Both the position numbers and the translations under genes were made by a program. Under the pieces are notes generated by a model, which worked only from the letters and a program-made list of their open reading frames with translations, was not told the DNA's origin and ran no database searches. This document shows positions 9,812-19,549 of a stretch of 64,000 nucleotides of DNA, piece after piece. How positions within the stretch are numbered: the first letter of the stretch is position 1; every line of letters starts with the position of its first letter. This DNA is from Actinomycetes bacterium (GTDB lineage Bacteria > Actinomycetota > Coriobacteriia > WRKU01 > WQUG01), in assembly GCA_031272275.1 (NCBI GenBank), contig JAISUC010000003.1:92214-156213 (forward strand), in the 5' to 3' direction.

Positions 9812-10239
9812 GTTGTCTTTCCTCCAAAGTGGCTCGTGCCGGGCTTTGCAACCGCAGCAGTCCTAATAAACCGTCGAAAAAAGTATAACACACAAAGTAT
9901 CACATATTGTCAAGCAATTGGGTATCGACAACTCGCATTGGATGTATAGGACAGCGGGATTGAGCGGGATCGATTCGGACGCGCGGTCGCGCATCCGAAT
10001 CGATGATCCGGGGCGGGGTTGCACCCGCCCCGCATGTATTGCCGCGTGTTGCAAAGAGCGCAGCACGCGCAATGACGGTCGGAATTAGGACCACTGTCGG
10101 TATGCCCGTCGTCATCGTGCGGCGGATTTGCACCGGTGGCAGTTTGTGTTCATTCGTGGTATCGTATCCCAACAGGTACTGAGGACACATCCGTTTCCGA
10201 TTGCATCGGTGGTGTGGGACCCGTTAAGGAGCACAGAAC

Positions 10240-10644
10240 ATGCCCTGCTTGCGCTTTGACCATTCGTTGAAAACGCCGCGCGAGGACTGCATCGACATTA
10301 CCGCGCAGGTGCGCCAGGACCTGCGCGACAGCGGTGTCGACAGCGGCATCGTCGTGGTGTATTGCCCGCATACCACAGCAGCCATCACCATCAACGAAAA
10401 CGCCGACCCGGACGTGGTGCGTGACCTGCTGGTCGGGTTGGACGCGGCCTTTCCGGACCGGAGCGATTTTCGCCACGCCGAGGGAAACTCCGCCGCACAC
10501 CTGAAGGCCGGCGCCGTCGGCAGTTCGGTCACGGTGATCATCGAGCGCGGACGTCTGTTGTTGGGCATCTGGCAGGGTATCTATTTCTGTGAATTCGACG
10601 GTCCGCGTGACCGCGATTTTCACGTGCAAATCATCCGCAGCTAG
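10240..10644 (+). CDS. YjbQ/UPF0047 family protein (secondary thiamine-phosphate synthase-like)
   Basis: 134 aa. PHTTAAITINENADPDV and HLKA motifs are characteristic of the YjbQ family. An AAGGAG RBS is present. Confidence 0.85.
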   Translation: MPCLRFDHSLKTPREDCIDITAQVRQDLRDSGVDSGIVVVYCPHTTAAITINENADPDVVRDLLVGLDAAFPDRSDFRHAEGNSAAHLKAGAVGSSVTVIIERGRLLLGIWQGIYFCEFDGPRDRDFHVQIIRS

Positions 10645-10676
10645 TACGCACAGCCGGCGTAACGGGGATGCGGTGC

Positions 10677-10691
10677 GGGACGTACTCCCCC
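10677..10691 (+). repeat. 15-mer motif copy GGGACGTACTCCCCC, intergenic
   Basis: Exact match between yjbQ-like and the AIM24-family gene, followed by TGTGTG. Confidence 0.9.
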
Positions 10692-10759
10692 TGTGTGTTT
10701 ATAATTGAGCGGAGCCGCACAGAATCCGGGGAAATCCGGACCGAAAGAGAGGGGTTAGC

Positions 10760-11440
10760 ATGCAGTACAAAATCATGGGCGAGACCTTTCCGGTCGTCGA
10801 ATGCCAGCTGGACGCGGGCGAAACGATGAAGACCGAGGGCGGCTCGATGACCTGGATGTCGCCGAACATGCACATGGAAACGTCCGGCGGCGGCAGCGTG
10901 GGCAAGGCGCTGGGGCGTATGCTTTCGGGTGAGTCGATGTTTTTCAACCACTACACCGCACAGGGCGGACCGGGCATGATCACGTTCGGGTCCAGCTTCC
11001 CCGGTTCGATTCGCGCGATCGATGTGACACCCGGCATGTCCGTGATTTGCCAAAAGCGCTCGTTTTTGGCGTGCGAGATGGGGGTTGACCTGTCCGTGTT
11101 TTTCCAGAAAAAGCTGGGCGCCGGCATATTCGGCGGCGAGGGTTTTATCATGCAGAAACTGACCGGTCAGGGCATGGCGTTTCTGGAGGTCGACGGCTAT
11201 GCGGTCGATTTCGAGCTGGCGGCGGGGCAGAGCATCGTTTTGAACACGGGGTATTTGGTCATGATGGACGAGACCTGCAAAATGGACATCGAACGCGTCC
11301 ATGGGTTGAAAAACATCGCGTTGGGCGGCGAAGGGCTGTTCAACACGCGCGTCACCGGTCCGGGGAAAATCGTGGTACAGACGATGCCGCTGGCGGGCGT
11401 GGCGGCGGCGTTGGCGCCGTTTATTGCAAGTAAAGGATAA
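10760..11440 (+). CDS. AIM24 / TIGR00266-family protein (DUF124)
   Basis: 226 aa starting MQYKIMGETFPVVECQLDAGETM. The repeated beta-rich pattern is typical of this family. Function is unknown. Confidence 0.75.
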   Translation: MQYKIMGETFPVVECQLDAGETMKTEGGSMTWMSPNMHMETSGGGSVGKALGRMLSGESMFFNHYTAQGGPGMITFGSSFPGSIRAIDVTPGMSVICQKRSFLACEMGVDLSVFFQKKLGAGIFGGEGFIMQKLTGQGMAFLEVDGYAVDFELAAGQSIVLNTGYLVMMDETCKMDIERVHGLKNIALGGEGLFNTRVTGPGKIVVQTMPLAGVAAALAPFIASKG

Positions 11441-11490
11441 TTGGCAATTGTTATACTGGCTGGTCTTGTTGTTGACAGAAAGGACCGGTC

Positions 11491-12075
11491 GTGAACGTTC
11501 ATATTGTGTATGCGCATCCGTCAACTGACGGGTTTACCTATCAGGTATTGCAGTCGTTTATTGCGGGGCTGGACGCAGCGGGGCACACCTACAGTGTGTC
11601 CGATTTGTATGCGAAAGGGTTCAATCCCGAGCTCGGTCCTGCCGAGTACGCCCGCGAGAGCAACTATCGTGCCGACGATCCCATCCCGGCAGACGTTGCC
11701 GCCGAACAGCAGCTGTTGGCGGCGGCTGACGTGTGGGCGTTCATCTATCCGGTGTGGTGGACCGATTGCCCGGCAAAGCTGAAAGGCTGGTTCGATCGCG
11801 TCTGGACGGTGGGTTTTGCCTATGCGCCGCAAACGGTTCAGCCGGTACGGCGCGCGCTGGTGATTTGCACGGCGGGCCACACGGCAGAACACCTGCGTGA
11901 AACCGGCTGTTATCAGGCGATGGAGACCACCATGCTGGTCGATCGGCTGCACGACCGTGCGCAACAGAAAGAGTTCGTGTTGCTGGGCGGGTCAGAGGCG
12001 CTGGAGGGTGAGGAGCGCGAGGCCATGCGTGCCCGGCATCTGGATCGCGTTCGGTGCCTGGCTGCCGAACTGTAG
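11491..12075 (+). CDS. NAD(P)H dehydrogenase (quinone)-type flavodoxin-fold oxidoreductase
   Basis: GTG start. VHIVYAHPSTDGFT and PVWWTDCPAKLKGWFDRVW match the Flavodoxin_2/NQO-type pattern. Confidence 0.75.
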   Translation: MNVHIVYAHPSTDGFTYQVLQSFIAGLDAAGHTYSVSDLYAKGFNPELGPAEYARESNYRADDPIPADVAAEQQLLAAADVWAFIYPVWWTDCPAKLKGWFDRVWTVGFAYAPQTVQPVRRALVICTAGHTAEHLRETGCYQAMETTMLVDRLHDRAQQKEFVLLGGSEALEGEEREAMRARHLDRVRCLAAEL

Positions 12076-12093
12076 CTGTGCTACAGTGATGCC

Positions 12094-12606
12094 ATGGGCA
12101 TCGGCACAGAACTGAGGTACCAAAGCACATACGAATCCCCGCTGGGCGCAATGACGCTGGCAAGCGACGGTCAGCACCTGCGGGGATTGTGGTTCGTAGG
12201 TCAAAAACACTATCCCCGGGATGCGCTGACGGCTGCCGCCCGCTGTGATGATGTGCCGGTCTTTCAACACGTAGTCGCGTGGCTGGACGACTATTTCGCC
12301 GGACGAAACCCGACGACCCGGGGGATAGCCCTGGCAGCCTCCGGTACCGCTTTTCAGCGTGCGGTTTGGGACTGCCTGAGTGCGATTCCCTATGGAACAA
12401 CCACGACCTACGGTGCGATAGCGCGTGCGGTCGGATGTGGTTCGCCGCGTGCGGTGGGTGTTGCGATCGGACGCAACCCGCTGTCGATTATCGTTCCCTG
12501 TCACCGTGTGATTGCAGCCGACGGCAGTCTGACCGGCTATGCCGGCGGCCTGGCGCGCAAACGCAGCCTATTGCAACGGGAACAAACGACCGGCCGATCG
12601 GCGTAA
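12094..12606 (+). CDS. ogt: Methylated-DNA--protein-cysteine methyltransferase
   Basis: Active-site PCHRV plus [12 protein letters not shown] and the [13 protein letters not shown] context. 170 aa. Confidence 0.85.
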   Translation: MGIGTELRYQSTYESPLGAMTLASDGQHLRGLWFVGQKHYPRDALTAAARCDDVPVFQHVVAWLDDYFAGRNPTTRGIALAASGTAFQRAVWDCLSAIPYGTTTTYGAIARAVGCGSPRAVGVAIGRNPLSIIVPCHRVIAADGSLTGYAGGLARKRSLLQREQTTGRSA

Positions 12607-12702
12607 CCACCACCCGCTGCGTCCAATGTCCGGTGGCAATCCACCAATCCAGGATGTGAGTGTGAATTGTATAGATTTTGTGAAAAAGTTTGTGTCAGGG
12701 TC

Positions 12703-12731
12703 TTGCGCCGGCGCGCAACTACTCATACAAT
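12703..12731 (+). promoter_or_regulatory. Candidate sigma-70-type promoter of groES-groEL
   Basis: TTGCGC (12703..12708), 17 nt, then TACAAT (12726..12731). The CIRCE operator starts 11 nt downstream. Confidence 0.5.
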
Positions 12732-12741
12732 ACTTGACGCA

Positions 12742-12768
12742 CTGGCACTCTCCCCACCAGAGTGCCAG
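12742..12768 (+). promoter_or_regulatory. CIRCE-like HrcA operator (inverted repeat)
   Basis: CTGGCACTC-N9-GAGTGCCAG, against the canonical TTAGCACTC-N9-GAGTGCTAA. The repeat is a perfect 9+9 bp with a 9-nt spacer, ~80 nt upstream of groES. Confidence 0.8.
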
Positions 12769-12850
12769 TTGCACACCTATCAGGAATAAGCCGCCGCGCC
12801 CGGGGAAACAGACGCTGCGGCACAGGGAGATCTCAAAGGAGGAGCATGTT

Positions 12851-13141
12851 ATGAAACTGAAGCCGCTTGGTGACAACATCATCGTCAAGCAGGCGCCGGC
12901 CGAAACACAGCTGAAAAGCGGGCTGTATGTTCCGGACAGCGCAAAGGAAAAGCCGCAGCAGGGCGAGGTTTTGGCTGTCGGCGCCGGTCGTCTGAGCAAG
13001 ACGGGCGAGCGGATCCCCGTGGACGTTGCGGTCGGTGACGTCGTGATTTACAGCAAGTACGGTGGAAACGAAGTCAAGCTGGACGGCGAGGAGTACATCA
13101 TCCTGAAGGCCGACCAGGTTTACGCAGTTATCGAGAAATAG
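12851..13141 (+). CDS. groES: Co-chaperonin GroES
   Basis: [14 protein letters not shown]...GEVLAVG..., 96 aa. The track ORF 12539..13141 is an upstream in-frame extension. Confidence 0.95.
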   Translation: MKLKPLGDNIIVKQAPAETQLKSGLYVPDSAKEKPQQGEVLAVGAGRLSKTGERIPVDVAVGDVVIYSKYGGNEVKLDGEEYIILKADQVYAVIEK

Positions 13142-14788
<1,647 letters not shown>

Positions 14789-14931
14789 TTTTCGCTTGCT
14801 CTCGCGCCGTTTGCGGGGCGGGAAACCCGACTCGCGTAGCTTCAGTACGCAATGTCGGTTTCCCCATCACCGCAAACAGCGTGCTAGCTTCGCAAAAACC
14901 GTACTGTCACCTATGCCCAAATACTGATAAA

Positions 14932-14961
14932 GCGGGCGGCCGCAAGGCCGCCCGCTTTGTT
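14932..14961 (+). terminator. Rho-independent terminator downstream of groEL
   Basis: GCGGGCGGCC-GCAA-GGCCGCCCGC is a perfect 10-bp stem followed by TTTGTT. Confidence 0.8.
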
Positions 14962-15021
14962 GCGACATCTCACTCCCCCTGATTGGCGTCAAGCAAATAT
15001 AAATATCTTTTCTAAAATAAG

Positions 15022-15051
15022 TTGACATTCCTGCCTCTTTCGGCTTATGCT
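15022..15051 (+). promoter_or_regulatory. Candidate promoter in the AT-rich region upstream of the urea-transporter-like gene
   Basis: TTGACA (15022..15027) is followed after 17-18 nt by TATGCT. This leaves a ~180-nt leader. Confidence 0.4.
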
Positions 15052-15232
15052 TTTATCACCTGTAATTTGCAATTGATGAGCAAAGAGATGGGGTGGTTGT
15101 TGGAAGAGACATCAAGTCGTGGCTAGGTTGTTCCGTCTGCAGTGCAGCCGGCGGATACGTAGCCGAATGCGACAAACCAAATGTGCTCAACATTGTCATA
15201 TTCAGTATTAGCTGGAAGGAGTTGAACGAGGT

Positions 15233-16201
15233 ATGGGTATCAGTATCAATTCGAAGACCCCGAAGTGGCTTAACGCGTACTTCAACAGTTTCTCGCAGGT
15301 GTTTTTTGTCGAGAACATTCTGACCGGTATGCTGGTCGTGATTTCCTTTATCATCTACAGCGCGGAGACCGGTAACTGGAACATGACCATCATTCCGATT
15401 ATCGGTTGTGCGGTCGGAAACATCACCGCAAAGATCATCGGCAATGACGGTGACGCCATCAGCTCGGGTCTGTTTGGTTTCAACCCGGTGTTGGTGTGTT
15501 GTGCGGCGGCGCTGTTCTTTACCGGTGTGCCGGCATACATCGTCGGTATCGCGGGCAGCATCATCGCCATTCCGGCGACGACCATCATCAACAAGGTGTG
15601 CGCCCGTTTTGGTGTTCCCGGTTTCACGATGCCGTTCATCGCGACTGCGTGGCTGTTTATCCTTTTAAGTTTCCAAACAGGTCTGGTGCCTGCCCCCGGA
15701 AGGGAAGGCGCGCTTGTTGGACAGAACATTCTGCAGAACAACACCTGGGCCGCCAACTGGGCTGCGTTTGAGTGGCCAAAGGCGCTGACCTGGGGTATCG
15801 GCGAGATCTTCCCGGGCGTGGACACCATCTGGGGTGGCTTGGTCATCCTGTTGGGTATCGCCATCGACCGCTGGGATTGGGCTATCAAGACCGCCGCTGC
15901 CGTCGTGATCAGCTTGGGTATCGGTTATCTGATGAAGGCGGATATGGGCACGCTGAACGCGGGTCTGTACACCTATTGCGCGATTCTGACCTTCTTGGGA
16001 ATCGAGACCTTTGCCAGCAGCAAAAAGACCACGGTGCGCTATTGGGCGCTGGTCCTGTTTGCCCTGGTTCTGACCGTTCTGACGAACTTTGCGCTGGCGA
16101 CCGTGTTGGCGCCGGTGGCGCTGCCCTGCTTGACCTTCCCGTTCGTCATCACCACGTGGTGCACGCTGTGGTTCGAGCAGCACCTCAGCAAGAAAGAGTA
16201 A
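15233..16201 (+). CDS. Urea transporter (UT) family membrane protein
   Basis: 322 aa. It has FSQVFF near the N-terminus, GLFGFNPVLV, and two pseudo-symmetric halves with FTMPFIATAWLF and LTFPFVITTWCTLW, as in UT-family channels. A GGAAGGAG RBS is present. Confidence 0.7.
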   Translation: MGISINSKTPKWLNAYFNSFSQVFFVENILTGMLVVISFIIYSAETGNWNMTIIPIIGCAVGNITAKIIGNDGDAISSGLFGFNPVLVCCAAALFFTGVPAYIVGIAGSIIAIPATTIINKVCARFGVPGFTMPFIATAWLFILLSFQTGLVPAPGREGALVGQNILQNNTWAANWAAFEWPKALTWGIGEIFPGVDTIWGGLVILLGIAIDRWDWAIKTAAAVVISLGIGYLMKADMGTLNAGLYTYCAILTFLGIETFASSKKTTVRYWALVLFALVLTVLTNFALATVLAPVALPCLTFPFVITTWCTLWFEQHLSKKE

Positions 16202-16250
16202 CCCGGCAGGATCACGTGTTACCAACGTACCGGTTTCGGTACTGTCTGCA

Positions 16251-16283
16251 GACCCCCGCGGCGTATGTTGCGGGGGTCTTTCT
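16251..16283 (+). terminator. Rho-independent terminator after the urea-transporter-like gene
   Basis: GACCCCCGC-N10-GCGGGGGTC followed by TTTCTGTG. Confidence 0.65.
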
Positions 16284-16369
16284 GTGTCGGGATTCCGAAA
16301 CGCCCTGTGAACGGGCTGCCAAACGGGCTGAACCCGCCCGCCGTTTTGCGGTAGACTGGTAGCTTACCC

Positions 16370-17836
16370 ATGACGGCGAACTCGGCACAAAATAACACGC
16401 TTCTGACCGACCTGTACCAGCTGACGATGGCGGCGGGCTATCTGGCGTCCGGTCTGGATGACACGCAAACCAGCTTTACCATATCGTTTCGCGAAAACCC
16501 CTTTGACGGCGGTTTTGCCATTATGTGCGGGCTGGCAGATGTCGCAGACTACCTGGAAAACTGGCGGCTGTCCGATGACGACATCGCCTACCTGCGTACG
16601 TTGAATGCGGCTGACGGCACCGCGCTGTTTCCGGAACCCGCGCTGCGGCAGCTGGCGGACCTGCGCCTGGACTGCGAAATCGCCGCGATCCCCGAGGGCA
16701 CGCCCGTCTTTGCCCGCGACCCGCTGTTGCGTGTGACCGGGTCGTTGGTCAGCTGCCAGCTGGTCGAAACGACGCTGCTGAACATCATCAACTTCCAGAC
16801 GTTGATTGCCACCAAGGCCGCGCGCTGTTATCTGGCGGCCCAGGGCGCACCGATTCTGGAGTTCGGTCTGCGCCGCGCCCAGGGTCCCGACGGCGGTCTG
16901 TCCGCGTCGCGCGCGGCGTACATCGGCGGCTGCAGTGCCACCAGTAACGTCGCCGCCGGCAGGCGTTACGACATCCCGGTTGCCGGCACGCATGCACACA
17001 GCTGGGTCATGGCACATGAATCCGAACAGGCGGCATTCGATGCCTGGTTGCGCACGGCGCCCAACAACACGGTGCTGACGGTCGACACCTATGACACCCT
17101 GCAGGGGGTGGAACGCGCGATTGTCGCGGCACGCGCCCTGCGTGAACGCGGTGGCAGTTTCGCCGGCATCCGCATCGATTCGGGCGACCTGGCATGGCTG
17201 TCGGTCCGTGCACGCGAAATGCTGGACGCGGCAGGGTTCACGGACGCCAAAATCATCGCCAGCAACGACCTGGACGAATACACCATCGCCAGCCTGATTG
17301 AACAGGGCGCGGCCATCGACACCTGGGGTGTGGGTACACGTCTGGTGACGGCGGACGGCCAGCCCAGTCTGGGCGGTATTTACAAGATGACGGCCATCCG
17401 TGACGGAAATCAGGGGGAGTATAAACCCCGAATCAAGGTCTCGGAACAGGCGAGCAAAACCACCACCCCGGGCCTGCAGGGCCTGCGGCGCTATTATCGC
17501 GACGGCAAACCGGTGGGTGATATGATTTACGATCTGCAGCACCCGCCGGCCGGCGGCGTGGATGTCACCATGGTCGACCCGGCGGATATGACGCGCCGCA
17601 AAAGCTTTGCCGCAGATACGGACAGCGCCGAGCTGTTGCAGCCATTTTTCGCGGATGGGGACGTGGTCGCCGTGCCGCACACGCCCGCGGAACTGCGCGC
17701 GAATACGCTGATCGGGCTGGACAGTCTGGACGCGACGCACAAACGACTGTTGCGCCCGCACAGCTATCCGGTCGGCTTGGAACAACAGTTGTATGACACA
17801 CATTTGGCACTGATAAAGGATATTAAGCAGTTGTGA
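16370..17836 (+). CDS. pncB: Nicotinate phosphoribosyltransferase
   Basis: 488 aa with LLTDLYQLTMAAGY at the N-terminus and GTHAHSW, typical of the NAPRTase family. Confidence 0.9.
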   Translation: MTANSAQNNTLLTDLYQLTMAAGYLASGLDDTQTSFTISFRENPFDGGFAIMCGLADVADYLENWRLSDDDIAYLRTLNAADGTALFPEPALRQLADLRLDCEIAAIPEGTPVFARDPLLRVTGSLVSCQLVETTLLNIINFQTLIATKAARCYLAAQGAPILEFGLRRAQGPDGGLSASRAAYIGGCSATSNVAAGRRYDIPVAGTHAHSWVMAHESEQAAFDAWLRTAPNNTVLTVDTYDTLQGVERAIVAARALRERGGSFAGIRIDSGDLAWLSVRAREMLDAAGFTDAKIIASNDLDEYTIASLIEQGAAIDTWGVGTRLVTADGQPSLGGIYKMTAIRDGNQGEYKPRIKVSEQASKTTTPGLQGLRRYYRDGKPVGDMIYDLQHPPAGGVDVTMVDPADMTRRKSFAADTDSAELLQPFFADGDVVAVPHTPAELRANTLIGLDSLDATHKRLLRPHSYPVGLEQQLYDTHLALIKDIKQL

Positions 17837-17843
17837 GCAAGGT

Positions 17844-17860
17844 GGGGGACGTGCTCCCCC
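17844..17860. repeat. Motif variant GGGGGACGTGCTCCCCC (6-bp stem hairpin), intergenic
   Basis: Lies between the pncB stop and the NYN gene start. It carries the same T-to-G variant as the copy at 667..682. Confidence 0.8.
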
Positions 17861-17884
17861 GGCTCAGATTTGGAGGATTGGATT

Positions 17885-18667
17885 ATGCCGAACACCGCAG
17901 GACAGGCCCAATTGGCCGTCTTTATAGATTTCGAGAACCTGGCGCTGGGGATTCAGCCGCGCGTGAACGGGCGGCGGCGCAAGCGCGATGAAAAGTTGGA
18001 CATGCAAAAGGTGCTGGAGCGCCTGGTGGAAAAGGGGAAGATTGTCGCGAAGCGTGCGTATTGTGATTGGCAGCGTTTTCCCGAGTACGTTGGGGGTCTG
18101 CACGAGCTGGGGATTGAGTTGACCGAGATTCCCGAGCGGCATTTGACGGGCAAGAACTCGGCGGATATCCGGCTGGTGGTTGATGCGCTGGAAATGGGAT
18201 ATTCAAAGGGACATATTGATACTTTTGTGATTGTGTCGGGGGATAGTGATTTTTTGCCGCTGGTGTCCAAGCTGAAGGAAAACGGCAAATCGGTCATCGG
18301 CGTGGGTTTGAAGGAATCGACGTCTGACTTGCTGGCGGCAAACTGTGACGAGTTTATTTTCTATGACGATTTGGGCGTGGGCACCCAGGTGCCGAAAATC
18401 GGTGCCGACGTTTCGCGCAAGCAGCGGCCGGCGTACAAGCTGTTGTTCGAGACGATGGATGCGATGCAGCGCGAGAACATCCCGACGCTGCACAGCAGCC
18501 TGATCAAGGACACCATCAAGCGTAAGCTGCCGCAGTTCAGCGAGCGCAGCTATGGTTTTCGCAGCTTTAACGCCTTGCTGGAAGAGGCGGCCGCCAAGGG
18601 GTACATCGACATTGCGCGCGACCAGCGGTCCGGGACCTACTATGTCGAGGGATTTACAAAGCAGTAG
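17885..18667 (+). CDS. NYN-domain (LabA-like) protein with a C-terminal OST-HTH/LOTUS domain
   Basis: AVFIDFENL, GKNSADIRLVVDA and IVSGDSDFLPLV mark the NYN nuclease fold. The C-terminus (SYGFRSFNALLEEAAAKGYIDI) resembles OST-HTH. GGAGG lies 8 nt before the ATG at 17885; the track start at 17870 is TTG. Confidence 0.8.
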   Translation: MPNTAGQAQLAVFIDFENLALGIQPRVNGRRRKRDEKLDMQKVLERLVEKGKIVAKRAYCDWQRFPEYVGGLHELGIELTEIPERHLTGKNSADIRLVVDALEMGYSKGHIDTFVIVSGDSDFLPLVSKLKENGKSVIGVGLKESTSDLLAANCDEFIFYDDLGVGTQVPKIGADVSRKQRPAYKLLFETMDAMQRENIPTLHSSLIKDTIKRKLPQFSERSYGFRSFNALLEEAAAKGYIDIARDQRSGTYYVEGFTKQ

Positions 18668-18724
18668 CCGATTGTGTCCGTGTTGTGCACGCGGGCGACG
18701 GTGCAGGTAAAATAGACAGCCGTT

Positions 18725-19546
18725 ATGATTATCAGATTGATACAGACACTGCGCGGGTTGGTGCGCGATACCTGGGGCAACCGGGCGATTACCTGGGAGC
18801 TGGCCAAGCGCGACCTGCATAAGAAATACAAGGGCGCGGCGTTGGGCGTGCTGTGGGCGGGTGCGCACCCGATTACGTATGTGTGTGTATATTGGTTTGC
18901 AGTTTCCATCGGATTGCGTGGCGGTAGGTCTGAAACAAATGGTTTTCCCTACATTCTGTGGTTGATTCCCGGTATGTTTGCGTGGCAGACCATCAGCTCG
19001 GCGTTCAGCGAGGGCGGCAACTCCATCCGCAGTCACCGCGAGTTGGTGACCAAGACCGTGTTTCCGTTGATTACCATCCCGCAGTTCAGCATAATTTCTC
19101 TGTTCTTTGTGCATGTTGGGTTGATGGTCTTTGCATTGGCTTTGTTTTTGGTGCTGGGGTATCCGCCCACGATGTATTGGTTGCAATTGCCTTACTATAT
19201 GGCGGCGTCGTTCATTTTCTGTGTTGTCGTTGCGACGTTCTTCAGTGCACTGACGGCATATTCGCGTGACTTGGTACAGTTCATTCGGACGCTCACGCAG
19301 ATTTTGTTCTGGTTTACTCCGATTCTTTGGCCGATTACCAACGTCAGTGGGACCTTGGCTAGCATATTGAAACTGAATCCGATCGTCTATTTGGTCGAGG
19401 GATACCGTGCCAGCATGATTTATCAGACGTGGTTCTTCCAAAAACCGATGTGGACACTGTATTTTTGGGTTGCAACGGCAGCTTTTGCCTTGGTCACGGT
19501 AGTCGTTTGGACACGGATGAGTAAAGATTTTGCGGATGTGCTGTAG
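18725..19546 (+). CDS. tagG: ABC-2 type polysaccharide/teichoic-acid export permease (TagG-like)
   Basis: 273 aa, 6 TM, ABC-2 membrane pattern. It sits immediately upstream of the cognate ATPase. Confidence 0.8.
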   Translation: MIIRLIQTLRGLVRDTWGNRAITWELAKRDLHKKYKGAALGVLWAGAHPITYVCVYWFAVSIGLRGGRSETNGFPYILWLIPGMFAWQTISSAFSEGGNSIRSHRELVTKTVFPLITIPQFSIISLFFVHVGLMVFALALFLVLGYPPTMYWLQLPYYMAASFIFCVVVATFFSALTAYSRDLVQFIRTLTQILFWFTPILWPITNVSGTLASILKLNPIVYLVEGYRASMIYQTWFFQKPMWTLYFWVATAAFALVTVVVWTRMSKDFADVL

Positions 19547-19549
19547 GCG

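Noticed and set aside
15052-15232. Possible guanidine-I (ykkC) or mini-ykkC riboswitch in the leader of the urea-transporter-like gene
   Set aside because: GCTAGGTTGTTCCG loosely resembles the CUAGGGUUCCG segment. The other conserved blocks as I remember them (GGUCCGAGAG, ACACGG...GGGA...CCCGGGAGA) are absent, and there are no ACGR-loop hairpin pairs. I keep only the claim of a long leader.
16364-17803. 479-aa minus-strand ORF opposite pncB
   Set aside because: It is a shadow ORF of a confidently identified NAPRTase, with no motifs and Arg/Gln-rich composition.
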